Shown here piece by piece: positions 1 through 9,544 of a DNA stretch of 64,000 nt. The stretch spans positions 10,115 through 74,114 of the forward strand of contig JBILQJ010000004.1 of assembly GCA_044373325.1 (NCBI GenBank). The letters are read 5' to 3'. Each line of letters starts with the position of its first letter. Position 1 is the stretch's first letter. The notes under the pieces were generated by a model. The model ran no database searches and was not told the origin of the DNA. It worked only from the letters and a program-made list of their open reading frames with translations. A program made the translations under genes and the position numbers. Source of the DNA: Burkholderiales bacterium. Its GTDB lineage: Bacteria; Pseudomonadota; Gammaproteobacteria; Burkholderiales; JBILQJ01.

Positions 1-523
1 CATGCAGTTGATAAGATTTAGGTATGTTTTTTAATAAAGCCAATTCAACGGCCAAGACGGTTTTGCCTTGGGCTAATCCTGTTCGGTTAGACACTCTAAA
101 AATATGCGTATCAACGGCCATGGTCAATTGGCCAAAAGCCGTGTTTAAAATAACATTGGCTGTTTTGCGGCCAACCCCTGGTAAAGATTCCAGCTCGGCG
201 CGGGTTTGAGGGACTTGGCCATTAAATTTTTGTAATAATAGGGTGCAAGTTTCTATGATGTGTTTGGCTTTGGTTTTGTAATAATTGATTGATTTGACGT
301 GAGCCTCTACTTTTTCTAAGCCCAAATCCAACATAGCTTGCGCATTGGGTGCTGCCGCAAATAAAGCACGCGTGGCTTTGTTGACACCCACATCGGTGGC
401 TTGAGCCGACAGCAAAACCGCGATTAACAGTTGAAAGGGCGATTGGTATTCAAGTTCTGTTTTGGGGTGAGGGTTGGCCGCAGCCAACCGCGCGAATAAT
501 TCACTTCTGGTTTGACGATTCAT
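1..523 (-). CDS. nth: endonuclease III (Nth), N-terminal part; continues beyond window start
   Basis: Absent from the ORF track because it has no stop in the window. My translation from the ATG (complement of 521-523) gives MNRQTRSELFARLAAANPHPKTELEYQSPFQLLIAVLLSAQATDVGVNKATRALF...LPGVGRKTANVILNTAFG...AVDTHIFRV. This is collinear with E. coli Nth, including the helix-hairpin-helix. Confidence 0.85.
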   Translation of the reverse strand, partial: MNRQTRSELFARLAAANPHPKTELEYQSPFQLLIAVLLSAQATDVGVNKATRALFAAAPNAQAMLDLGLEKVEAHVKSINYYKTKAKHIIETCTLLLQKFNGQVPQTRAELESLPGVGRKTANVILNTAFGQLTMAVDTHIFRVSNRTGLAQGKTVLAVELALLKNIPKSYQLH

Positions 524-746
524 GGTGCGTAGGCTTTCTGTTTTTTTGTCTGGTGGAAAGGTAAAAATCCTTGGCGGAAAAAGGGGAGTATCGTGTAAAA
601 TGCGCCCATCATTTTGACGGGCTGCTTTTCGTCTCAAGCGAGCGTCCTTTGCTTTTTTGTCTTTAGTGCCTTATTCTTAATGGATATCCTTAATTTTAGT
701 ATTTTCATTTGTCGTTCCGTCCTTATTTTAAATCAGAAAGAAAAAC

Positions 747-2015
747 ATGGCTCAACTAAAAATTGTTGGCAGTAATCGACCTTTAGAAGGTGAAATCTCC
801 ATTTCTGGGGCTAAAAATGCGGCTTTGCCGATTTTGTGCACCAGTTTATTAACGGCTGACACCATGCGCTATTCTAATGTGCCCATGTTGTCTGATGTGT
901 TGACGGTGCAAAAATTGTTGCAAAAAATGGGCGTGCGCGTCATGACCGACAATGTGCATGAAATGGACATTACCGCCAGCCAATTAACCAGCTTGACTGC
1001 GCCTTACGAATTGGTGAAAACCATGCGCGCGTCTATTTTGGTGTTGGGGCCAACTTTGGCGCGTTTTGGTGAGGCGCAAGTCTCTTTACCTGGTGGCTGC
1101 GCCATCGGCAGTCGTCCTGTGGAACAGCACATTAAAGGTTTACAGGCGATGGGCGCAACGATAGACATTGAACATGGTTATGTGAAAGCGTCTGGGCGAT
1201 TGAAAGGCGCTCATGTTTATATGGACATGGTGACGGTGGGCGGCACTGAAAATTTATTGATGGCGGCGACGTTGGCGCAAGGCACAACGGTGCTAGAAAA
1301 TGCCGCTTGCGAGCCTGAAGTGACTGATTTGGCGCATTGCTTGGTGGCCATGGGCGCAAAAATCAGCGGCATCGGCACATCGCGTTTGGTGATAGAAGGT
1401 GTGCCAAGCTTGCACGGCGCAAGTCATAAAATCATGCCTGATCGCATAGAAGCAGGCACTTTTTTGGTGGCTGGCGCCATGACGCAAGGCAAAATCGTGT
1501 TGCGTAACGCCGCGCCTAAAAGCATGGAAATTGTGTTGGATAAACTGTCCGAATCGGGTGCCGTCATCGAATGTGGTCAAGATTGGATTTCTTTGGACAT
1601 GAAACAGCGTCCGCGCGCGGTAGACATTCGAACCTTGCCTTATCCCGCTTTTCCAACGGATATGCAAGCGCAATTGATGACTTTAAACGCTGTGGCGCAA
1701 GGCACGAGCAAAGTCACCGAAACCATCTTTGAAAACCGCTTTATGCACGTTCCAGAACTCAATCGCATGGGTGCAGACATTACCGTTGATGGACATACAG
1801 CGGTGATTAAAGGGGTAGAAAAATTGTCTGGCACGACCGTGATGGCAACCGATTTACGCGCTTCGGCCAGTTTGGTGGTGGCGGGTTTAATTGCTGACGG
1901 CGTGACTACGGTGGATCGCATTTATCACTTAGACCGTGGCTACGAAAATATCGAAAAGAAATTAAACGATGTGGGCGCAGAAATCACGCGCGTTAACCAA
2001 GGCAGTGAAGAATAA
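747..2015 (+). CDS. murA: UDP-N-acetylglucosamine 1-carboxyvinyltransferase
   Basis: 422-aa ORF with full-length MurA pattern: [13 protein letters not shown] and the active-site Cys loop [15 protein letters not shown]. Confidence 0.95.
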   Translation: MAQLKIVGSNRPLEGEISISGAKNAALPILCTSLLTADTMRYSNVPMLSDVLTVQKLLQKMGVRVMTDNVHEMDITASQLTSLTAPYELVKTMRASILVLGPTLARFGEAQVSLPGGCAIGSRPVEQHIKGLQAMGATIDIEHGYVKASGRLKGAHVYMDMVTVGGTENLLMAATLAQGTTVLENAACEPEVTDLAHCLVAMGAKISGIGTSRLVIEGVPSLHGASHKIMPDRIEAGTFLVAGAMTQGKIVLRNAAPKSMEIVLDKLSESGAVIECGQDWISLDMKQRPRAVDIRTLPYPAFPTDMQAQLMTLNAVAQGTSKVTETIFENRFMHVPELNRMGADITVDGHTAVIKGVEKLSGTTVMATDLRASASLVVAGLIADGVTTVDRIYHLDRGYENIEKKLNDVGAEITRVNQGSEE

Positions 2016-2029
2016 CTCTTAACTTGGGC

Positions 2030-2075
2030 TTGTGGCCAACCTTTTTGCTTTGATTAGGCAAAAGGTTGGCCACAA
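2030..2075. repeat. inverted pair of 12-mer variant (TTGTGGCCAACC ... GGTTGGCCACAA) forming a hairpin behind murA
   Basis: cttgtggccaacctttttgc-tttgattag-gcaaaaggttggccacaag. Confidence 0.8.
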
Positions 2076-2102
2076 GCCTGTGCTTATCGCTCTTAAAAAT
2101 GG

Positions 2103-2555
2103 ATGATTAACATGGATACACTTATTTACCACAACCCTTTGTGTGGCACGTCACGCAATACCTTGGCTTTGATTCGACATTTTGGCATAGAGCCACGCAT
2201 CATTTTGTATTTAGAAACTCCGCCCAGCCGTTTGGAATTGCTGGATTTGATTGCGACGATGGGCATCACGGTGCGCGATGTGTTACGCCAAAAAGGAGAC
2301 GCTTACGACACATTGAATGCCCGTTTTGAGTTGAATCACGCTAAATGGGACGATGAGGCTTTGCTGAGTTTGATGCTAGAACACCCCATTTTAATCAATC
2401 GTCCCATCGTGGTGACCCCAAAAGGGACGCGTTTGTGCCGCCCTTCAGAAGCAGTGTTGGATTTACTGCCCACACCACCCAAAAGGGCTTTTATCAAAGA
2501 AGATGGGATAGTCATTTTCGATGATCAAGGGCAGTTTGTTGCGCCCAAACTGTAA
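2103..2555 (+). CDS. arsC: arsenate reductase, glutaredoxin-type ArsC family (start possibly 2112)
   Basis: IYHNPLCGTSRNTL, ILYLETPPS and HPILINRPIVVTPKGTRLCRPSE are collinear with the R773/E. coli ArsC. Confidence 0.85.
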   Translation: MINMDTLIYHNPLCGTSRNTLALIRHFGIEPRIILYLETPPSRLELLDLIATMGITVRDVLRQKGDAYDTLNARFELNHAKWDDEALLSLMLEHPILINRPIVVTPKGTRLCRPSEAVLDLLPTPPKRAFIKEDGIVIFDDQGQFVAPKL

Positions 2556-2986
2556 CGCCCTTTGCGGTCAACCTTTGCCCTCAATAACACCTGAACAATT
2601 CGAATAAGGTTGACCGTAAAACCATGTCGGAGCTTAATTGGATTTTATGTATCTTGATTTTTCTTATTAAGCGAAACAAGTAAGCTTGTCTTATAATTTA
2701 TTAGAAGTCATTTTTGTTGGTGTTAAGGGCGTTTGTTTTTTGAGATTAATTTTTTTTAGAATAACATTTTTAAATTTCTTGTAAATTGTTTTTTTATAGC
2801 TTGTTTTTAAATGGCAAAAATTAAAATAATTTCTTTTTTGTTATTATAACGGTTGTCATGATAGGGGCTTAGGCGCGACAAATATTCATTAAAAAAAATC
2901 CTATCGAGTGATTTTTTTAAGTTTAATTCTGTCTTTTAAGTTATTTTTTTTGTTAGTTAATTCCATATTTTAAAAAGAAAGTTTAC

Positions 2987-3643
2987 ATGAAAAAAATAGG
3001 GATAAGTTTTTGGGTGTTGTCTTTGCGTCCCGCTTGGGCTGGTCAATTTGAAGTGCCGACAGTTGAGTGGTTGGTGGTGGGATTGATGATGCTTGCTCTG
3101 CTGATTTTTTTTGGAAAAAAAATGGTACATCAAGCAGTTACTTGGCCAAATTTAACATCGAAACCATTTGGCATGATGTCAGAAGCATTGGCTAACGCTT
3201 CAGAGTTGGTGGTGAAGTCTGAAAGCTTAAGCCAAGCTGTCTCTCAAAATGTCGAGCTGGAGCAAAAAGCCGAGTCGTATTATCAACTGGGCGAAACGCA
3301 TTATCATGGTCTGGGCGTTAAACGCGACGATGATTTGGCGGTTTTTTATTACACACAGGCTGCGCAAACAGGCCATCAACAAGCCCAATATTTGCTGGGT
3401 TGTTTGTATTATTACGGCACCAGTGTCAATCAAGACCGAAGCATCGCGGTGTATTGGTTAACGCAATCCGCTGAGCAAAACCATGCGCCCGCGCAATATT
3501 TGTTGGGGTTTGTGTATCAATACGGTTTGGGTGTGCCATGCAATCCTAATGAAGGCTTACGATGGTTGACCTTGGCGGCCGACCAACAATACACTTCGGC
3601 ACAAGAAGTTTTGGCGCGTTTAAGTTTGAAAATCTTACCTTAA
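2987..3643 (+). CDS. Sel1/TPR-repeat protein with N-terminal signal/TM segments
   Basis: Repeated A-x-YxLGxxYxxGxGV-type Sel1 units: YYQLGETHYHGLGVKRD, AQYLLGCLYYYGTSV, AQYLLGFVYQYGLGV. Confidence 0.7.
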   Translation: MKKIGISFWVLSLRPAWAGQFEVPTVEWLVVGLMMLALLIFFGKKMVHQAVTWPNLTSKPFGMMSEALANASELVVKSESLSQAVSQNVELEQKAESYYQLGETHYHGLGVKRDDDLAVFYYTQAAQTGHQQAQYLLGCLYYYGTSVNQDRSIAVYWLTQSAEQNHAPAQYLLGFVYQYGLGVPCNPNEGLRWLTLAADQQYTSAQEVLARLSLKILP

Positions 3644-3666
3644 GCGTTAAAATTTGATGAAACCTC

Positions 3667-3714
3667 TTGCGGCCAACCTTTTTCCTCAAAAATGAGGAAG
3701 AAGGTTGGCCGCAA
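3667..3714. repeat. inverted pair of the 12-mer (hairpin between the convergent Sel1 and ligase genes)
   Basis: ttgcggccaacc-tttttcctcaaaaatgaggaagaa-ggttggccgcaa. Confidence 0.9.
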
Positions 3715-3739
3715 GTGTCTTTGAATTTAAGGGATGAAG

Positions 3740-4603
3740 TCAATCACGAACGCGTAAAAAAGTGGCGAAACGCGGCAAGCCTTTTTTGGTGGTGTCGCGA
3801 TAACGGTAAGTGATTAGCGTGTTCAGCGGCGGTGGGGTTTTGCGCAGGGCATCGGTCAAGCCCGAGCCGACTTTAAAGGTTCTCCCATCGGGCAAAGCTA
3901 AAATCAACGCACCGACTTGGCCTTCATATTTGCCTTTGCCTGCCGTGTAGCCCACCACTTTGGCTTCGGCATCTTGTATTTTTTTGAGTTTTAACAAAGC
4001 CGCGCTGCGACCTGTGTGCCACAAACTGTCGGCGCGGTGCAACATTAATCCTTCACCGCCGCCTGCCACAATTTCGTCTAAAGTGGCCATGAGTTGAGCT
4101 TCGGTGCTGACTTTAAATTGTGGAACGGCTTTTAAATAGGGACTGTTGGCGCTTTGTACCAACCGCGTGATGGCGGCAAAGCGCGCGCTAAAATCGCTTT
4201 GTGCTTTGGGTAATTCGTACAGTTGATAGGTGATTTTTTGCCATTCTGCGTCTATGGGTGGACTGCGCCGTATGGCCGCACTGACCGCGTCAAATTGGCC
4301 ACGAGCCATCCACAATTCCCCGTCCAAAGGGACTTTGGGAAACTTGGCCGTAAACCAAGCGGGCGCTTTGATAACAAGGCCGCCGCGCGTGGTTAACGTT
4401 TGCCCGTTCCACACCGCACGCACGCCATCTAGTTTTTCGCTGACCAAATAGGCGCTGGGATTGATGCCTTGTTTGTAGGAGTCGGCCAATAAAATGTCGG
4501 GCGTATTGGGGCTGGGTGCCGCCAAACTGGGTTGATAAGCAAACAAAGGCCAACACAAAGCCGTTGCCAAAAGGGTGAGACGTGGTGTGAGCTGATTTTT
4601 CAT
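3740..4603 (-). CDS. secreted (periplasmic) ATP-dependent DNA ligase, LigE-like
   Basis: 287 aa with an N-terminal signal peptide (MKNQLTPRLTLLATALCWPLFAYQPSLAAP) and adenylation motif I KLDGVR (SEKLDGVRAVWNG). It is a minimal ligase with no extra domains. Confidence 0.75.
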   Translation of the reverse strand: MKNQLTPRLTLLATALCWPLFAYQPSLAAPSPNTPDILLADSYKQGINPSAYLVSEKLDGVRAVWNGQTLTTRGGLVIKAPAWFTAKFPKVPLDGELWMARGQFDAVSAAIRRSPPIDAEWQKITYQLYELPKAQSDFSARFAAITRLVQSANSPYLKAVPQFKVSTEAQLMATLDEIVAGGGEGLMLHRADSLWHTGRSAALLKLKKIQDAEAKVVGYTAGKGKYEGQVGALILALPDGRTFKVGSGLTDALRKTPPPLNTLITYRYRDTTKKGLPRFATFLRVRD

Positions 4604-4971
4604 GCGCAGTGCCTTTCGAAAGTATAAAACAACGAAAAATTAAAGCGTTAGATTAAGCTCGGCCATTTTGCCACGCGGCCAACCTTTTGTGGTTAATTTT
4701 TTTAAATTTTTTGGATTGATTTTAATCAGTGATGAAAGCGGTTTGCGTTTTTTAAGGTCAAATTATCATTTTTATTCCCGAATTTTGTCGGGTTTTTATG
4801 TTTTTTTAAGAGGACGAGTAGAATATTTTACAAGCAAATTAAGCCACGCCAACCAAAAAAGGTTGGCCGCAAATCAATTTGCGTTAAGAAAAGGCAATGA
4901 TGCTAATGCCAGCGCAACTTTTTTATGATACGCTAGGCCTGACATTCAACCTTTAGCATTTTAAATCTTAA

Positions 4972-6414
<1,443 letters not shown>

Positions 6415-6434
6415 ATTTTTGCCTGTTTTAACCC

Positions 6435-6483
6435 TTGCGGCCAACCTTTTAACGTGAACATCACGGACAAAGGTTGGCCGCAA
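6435..6483. repeat. inverted pair of the 12-mer, ACGTGAA-loop subfamily
   Basis: ttgcggccaacc-ttttaacgtgaacatcacggacaaa-ggttggccgcaa. Confidence 0.9.
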
Positions 6484-6614
6484 AGTTTTTTGTTGGGTTG
6501 GCGACGCACGCGGTGTGCGATGCCGTGTGGTAAACTCCTTAGGTCGTCGGATGTCTGCCGATGGACATTTTTCTTAAATCATTCTCTCGCTTGTGATGCG
6601 AGTAAGGAGCTGTT

Positions 6615-7145
6615 ATGTTAGGCGTTTATTTTTGGACCTTGTTGTACGTGGCGAGTGTTTTGCTTGCCAATCTCACCTTAAACAAATTCATAGACTTGGG
6701 GGTTTTGGGTTTGTTGAGCGTAGGCACTATTTTTTTTGCGGCGGTGTTTACTTTGCGCGATAAATTGCATCAATTTGGAGTGCGCGTTGTTTTTTTGGCA
6801 ATTGGCTTGGCCGTGGCGGTGAATGTTGCGGTTGCTGCGGCGCTTGATACGCCCGTTCGTTTTGTGGTGGCTTCATTTATTGCTATTTTGGTGGGTGAAT
6901 TGGCCGATACCGCGCTGTATCAACGGTTTATACAACGGTCTTGGTTGACCCGAGCCTTGTCCAGTAACGCCATCAGCATTCCGCTGGACACGCTTCTTTT
7001 TACCTTATTGGCTTTTTATGGCGAATTGAGCTCGGCCGATATGGCCAAAATTATTTGGGCGGATTTGTTGTTTAAAACCCTTATTGCTGGGGCTTTGGCG
7101 GTGGGTTTAAATCATTGGTATTTGTATCGAGCAAGGAGCTTGTGA
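6615..7145 (+). CDS. yhhQ: YhhQ/VUT-family membrane protein (queuosine-precursor transporter family)
   Basis: 176-aa polytopic membrane protein whose layout and motifs (FTLRDKLHQFG, ELADTALYQ) resemble YhhQ. The assignment is from memory of the family. Confidence 0.6.
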   Translation: MLGVYFWTLLYVASVLLANLTLNKFIDLGVLGLLSVGTIFFAAVFTLRDKLHQFGVRVVFLAIGLAVAVNVAVAAALDTPVRFVVASFIAILVGELADTALYQRFIQRSWLTRALSSNAISIPLDTLLFTLLAFYGELSSADMAKIIWADLLFKTLIAGALAVGLNHWYLYRARSL

Positions 7146-7516
7146 TGTGGATAACTCACGAAACAGCGCACGTTGATGCGCCACTAAAAACCATACAAAA
7201 TGCCTGTCCGCAGTTATCCATGCACATAGAACACTGCGTTTTTTTGCCGATACTGTGCAACCGCAGCCAAAATCCTGCCGCAGGCAGCACACTTAACATT
7301 GCTTACACAGCGGGTGACAGAATACTCGAACTGTTTGCTTTAGAAGACTACATCAAAGCCTACAATGGCCATACCGTCGTGCGTGATATGGAGTATTTTG
7401 TCCAAGTCGTGGCGCTGGATTGTGCAAAAGCGCTTGGGCATGGCGTGCAATTATGCGCCGACATTCATTACGAAGGCTTGAATCAAAGGCAAACCATACG
7501 CGTCACCATAGAGTAA
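7145..7516 (+). CDS. QueF-like T-fold protein (divergent from canonical preQ0 reductase)
   Basis: The ATG at 7145 overlaps the yhhQ stop (TGATG). The Cys-containing loop LPILCNRSQNPAAG and ELFALEDYIKAY resemble the QueF Cys loop and QueF motif, but the GQPD signature is not conserved. Confidence 0.45.
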   Translation: MWITHETAHVDAPLKTIQNACPQLSMHIEHCVFLPILCNRSQNPAAGSTLNIAYTAGDRILELFALEDYIKAYNGHTVVRDMEYFVQVVALDCAKALGHGVQLCADIHYEGLNQRQTIRVTIE

Positions 7517-7547
7517 GGCTCAAGCGAAGTTGATTTTTAAGGGATAG

Positions 7548-8423
7548 GTGACAGTCGTGACCATTTTTTTATATGTATTTTGTTTGGTAGTTTGGGGTTT
7601 AAATGCGGTTGTCATTCGCCTGCAAGGCAGCGAATTGGTGCCTGCTGAATGGGCCTTGGCCTATCGACTGGTTGCGGCAGGCTTGGTCTTTGTTGGATTG
7701 TGTGTGTTTGTAAAACCCAAGTTCAATTGGAAAAAATCGGATCGATGGTCGGTTTTGCTGTTTGGCTTTTTAAATTTCTTTTCCAGTTATCTTTTGTTTT
7801 ATTTTGCGGCCGATTTTATCAATGCCGCCTTAATTACGCTTATTTTTTCTATGAAAGTGATTATAACGCCGCTATTTTTGGCTGTTTTTTTACGGCAAAA
7901 AGTGCAAAAAAATACATTGATTGGCGGTGTGTTTGGTGTGGCGGGTGTTGCTGTGTTGGCTTATCCTTTGTTTTCAGCAGGGGAGTCGCACAAATTATGG
8001 TTGGGTTGTGCGTTTGCTTTGGGCGCAACCGTGTTGACGGCTTTGGGTGACGTGTGTTCGGCACGAAATGCGCAGAAAGGCATACATCCGCTGGCTGCCA
8101 ATGCTGTGGGCATGAGTTTTGCGGCGGTGCTGATTTTAGGGTATGCAACGTTCGCGCAAGGTGCGCCCAGCGTCAGCAGCGAACCCAATTGGTTGCTGGC
8201 GTTGGCTTATTTGACATTTTTTTCTACAGTCTTGGCGTGGTTGGCCTATTTGCAACTGATTACGCGCATTGGTGCGGCAAAAAGTGCTTACATGGTGGCT
8301 TTGTTTCCCATGGTCGCTGGCGCGGCATCGGTTTGGATAGGCGATAGCCCATTGAATTTTTATTTGCTGTTGGGCTGTACATTGAGCGCTTGTGGTGCGT
8401 TTATTGCCTTAAAAGCGGCTTAA
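7548..8423 (+). CDS. EamA/DMT-family transporter
   Basis: 291 aa with about 10 hydrophobic helices and a two-EamA-repeat architecture. Confidence 0.7.
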   Translation: MTVVTIFLYVFCLVVWGLNAVVIRLQGSELVPAEWALAYRLVAAGLVFVGLCVFVKPKFNWKKSDRWSVLLFGFLNFFSSYLLFYFAADFINAALITLIFSMKVIITPLFLAVFLRQKVQKNTLIGGVFGVAGVAVLAYPLFSAGESHKLWLGCAFALGATVLTALGDVCSARNAQKGIHPLAANAVGMSFAAVLILGYATFAQGAPSVSSEPNWLLALAYLTFFSTVLAWLAYLQLITRIGAAKSAYMVALFPMVAGAASVWIGDSPLNFYLLLGCTLSACGAFIALKAA

Positions 8424-8470
8424 CTTTGCGCTTGTATCGGTTTGTTTTTTGTCTGCTTATTGGTATGGTT

Positions 8471-8518
8471 TTGCGGCCAACCTTTTGCGTGTTTTTCACG
8501 TAAAAAGGTTGGCCGCAA
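8471..8518. repeat. inverted pair of the 12-mer (between the convergent eamA and nrdB)
   Basis: ttgcggccaacc-ttttgcgtgtttttcacgtaaaaa-ggttggccgcaa. Confidence 0.9.
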
Positions 8519-8544
8519 AAGGTGTTAAGTCACATTTTTTGCAT

Positions 8545-9519
8545 TTATTCTGCCCAAACAGATGACCAGCTGCCCGTAAGCGCACCCTTAGCGTAATCAG
8601 TCACTTTTTGTTCAAAAAAGTTACTGTGCGTGACACCCAACATGCCATCAACCCAAGGTAAAGGATTTTTTTTGATCTGAAAAATACCTTTCATGCCTAA
8701 TGAAATGAGCCGACGATCTGCAATATAACGGATGTATTTTTTAACCTCTTCTTGGGTTAAGCCTTCCATATCCCCCATCGCAAAAGCAAGGTCAACAAAT
8801 TTATCTTCTAAATCAACCATTTTTGTGGCAATGGTGTAAATTTCGCTTTTTAACTGGTTGTTCCATATGTGATGATTTTCGAGCACAAATTGACGGAATA
8901 GCAAAATCATGCTTTCTGCGTGTAGCGTCTCATCGGCAATAGACCAAGCAATAATCTGCCCCATTCCTTTCATTTTGCCATGGCGAGCAAAATTCAAGAG
9001 CATCACAAAAGAGCTGAATAACTGCATGCCTTCCGTAAAAGCACTAAATACAGCGATTTGTTGAGCGACAGAACGGGCATCTCTTTCCGTAAACTGAGTA
9101 AAATAGTCATGCTTTTCTTTCATCGCCTCATACTCTAAAAACTCATTGTAGGTCGATTCTGGCATGCCCAGCGTTTCGATTAAATGCGAATAGGCTTGTA
9201 TATGAACGGCTTCTCTTGCCGCGAAAGAACACAACATCATTCGGACTTCTGGTTGAGGAAAAAGGGGCAAATAATTGTTGACATAGCCACCAGCAACATC
9301 AATATCTGCTTGCGTAAAAAATCGAAAAATATGAGTGAGAAAATGCCTTTCTTTGTCGGACAGCTTATTTTTCCAATCATTGACATCTTCAACCATGGGG
9401 ACTTCTGCTGCCAGCCAATGCATTTGTTCGCTTTGTTTAAAGGCCTCAAAAGCAAAGGGATAGTTAAATGGCTTAAAGTAAGAACGTTCTTCAGTGAGTT
9501 TGGCTTGTGGCGTGGTCAT
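8545..9519 (-). CDS. nrdB: class I ribonucleotide reductase beta subunit
   Basis: Di-metal/tyrosyl pattern REAVHIQAYS (E-x-x-H...Y), FTEGMQLF and DETLHAE. Confidence 0.85.
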   Translation of the reverse strand: MTTPQAKLTEERSYFKPFNYPFAFEAFKQSEQMHWLAAEVPMVEDVNDWKNKLSDKERHFLTHIFRFFTQADIDVAGGYVNNYLPLFPQPEVRMMLCSFAAREAVHIQAYSHLIETLGMPESTYNEFLEYEAMKEKHDYFTQFTERDARSVAQQIAVFSAFTEGMQLFSSFVMLLNFARHGKMKGMGQIIAWSIADETLHAESMILLFRQFVLENHHIWNNQLKSEIYTIATKMVDLEDKFVDLAFAMGDMEGLTQEEVKKYIRYIADRRLISLGMKGIFQIKKNPLPWVDGMLGVTHSNFFEQKVTDYAKGALTGSWSSVWAE

Positions 9520-9544
9520 TTGGGGTCTCTTAATCTGGATGGAT

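Noticed and set aside
6484-6614. preQ1 riboswitch upstream of the yhhQ-queF-like pair.
   Set aside because: Only a small hairpin next to the RBS (ctcgc-ttgtgat-gcgag taaggag) is present. I could not recognise the preQ1-I, -II or -III consensus.
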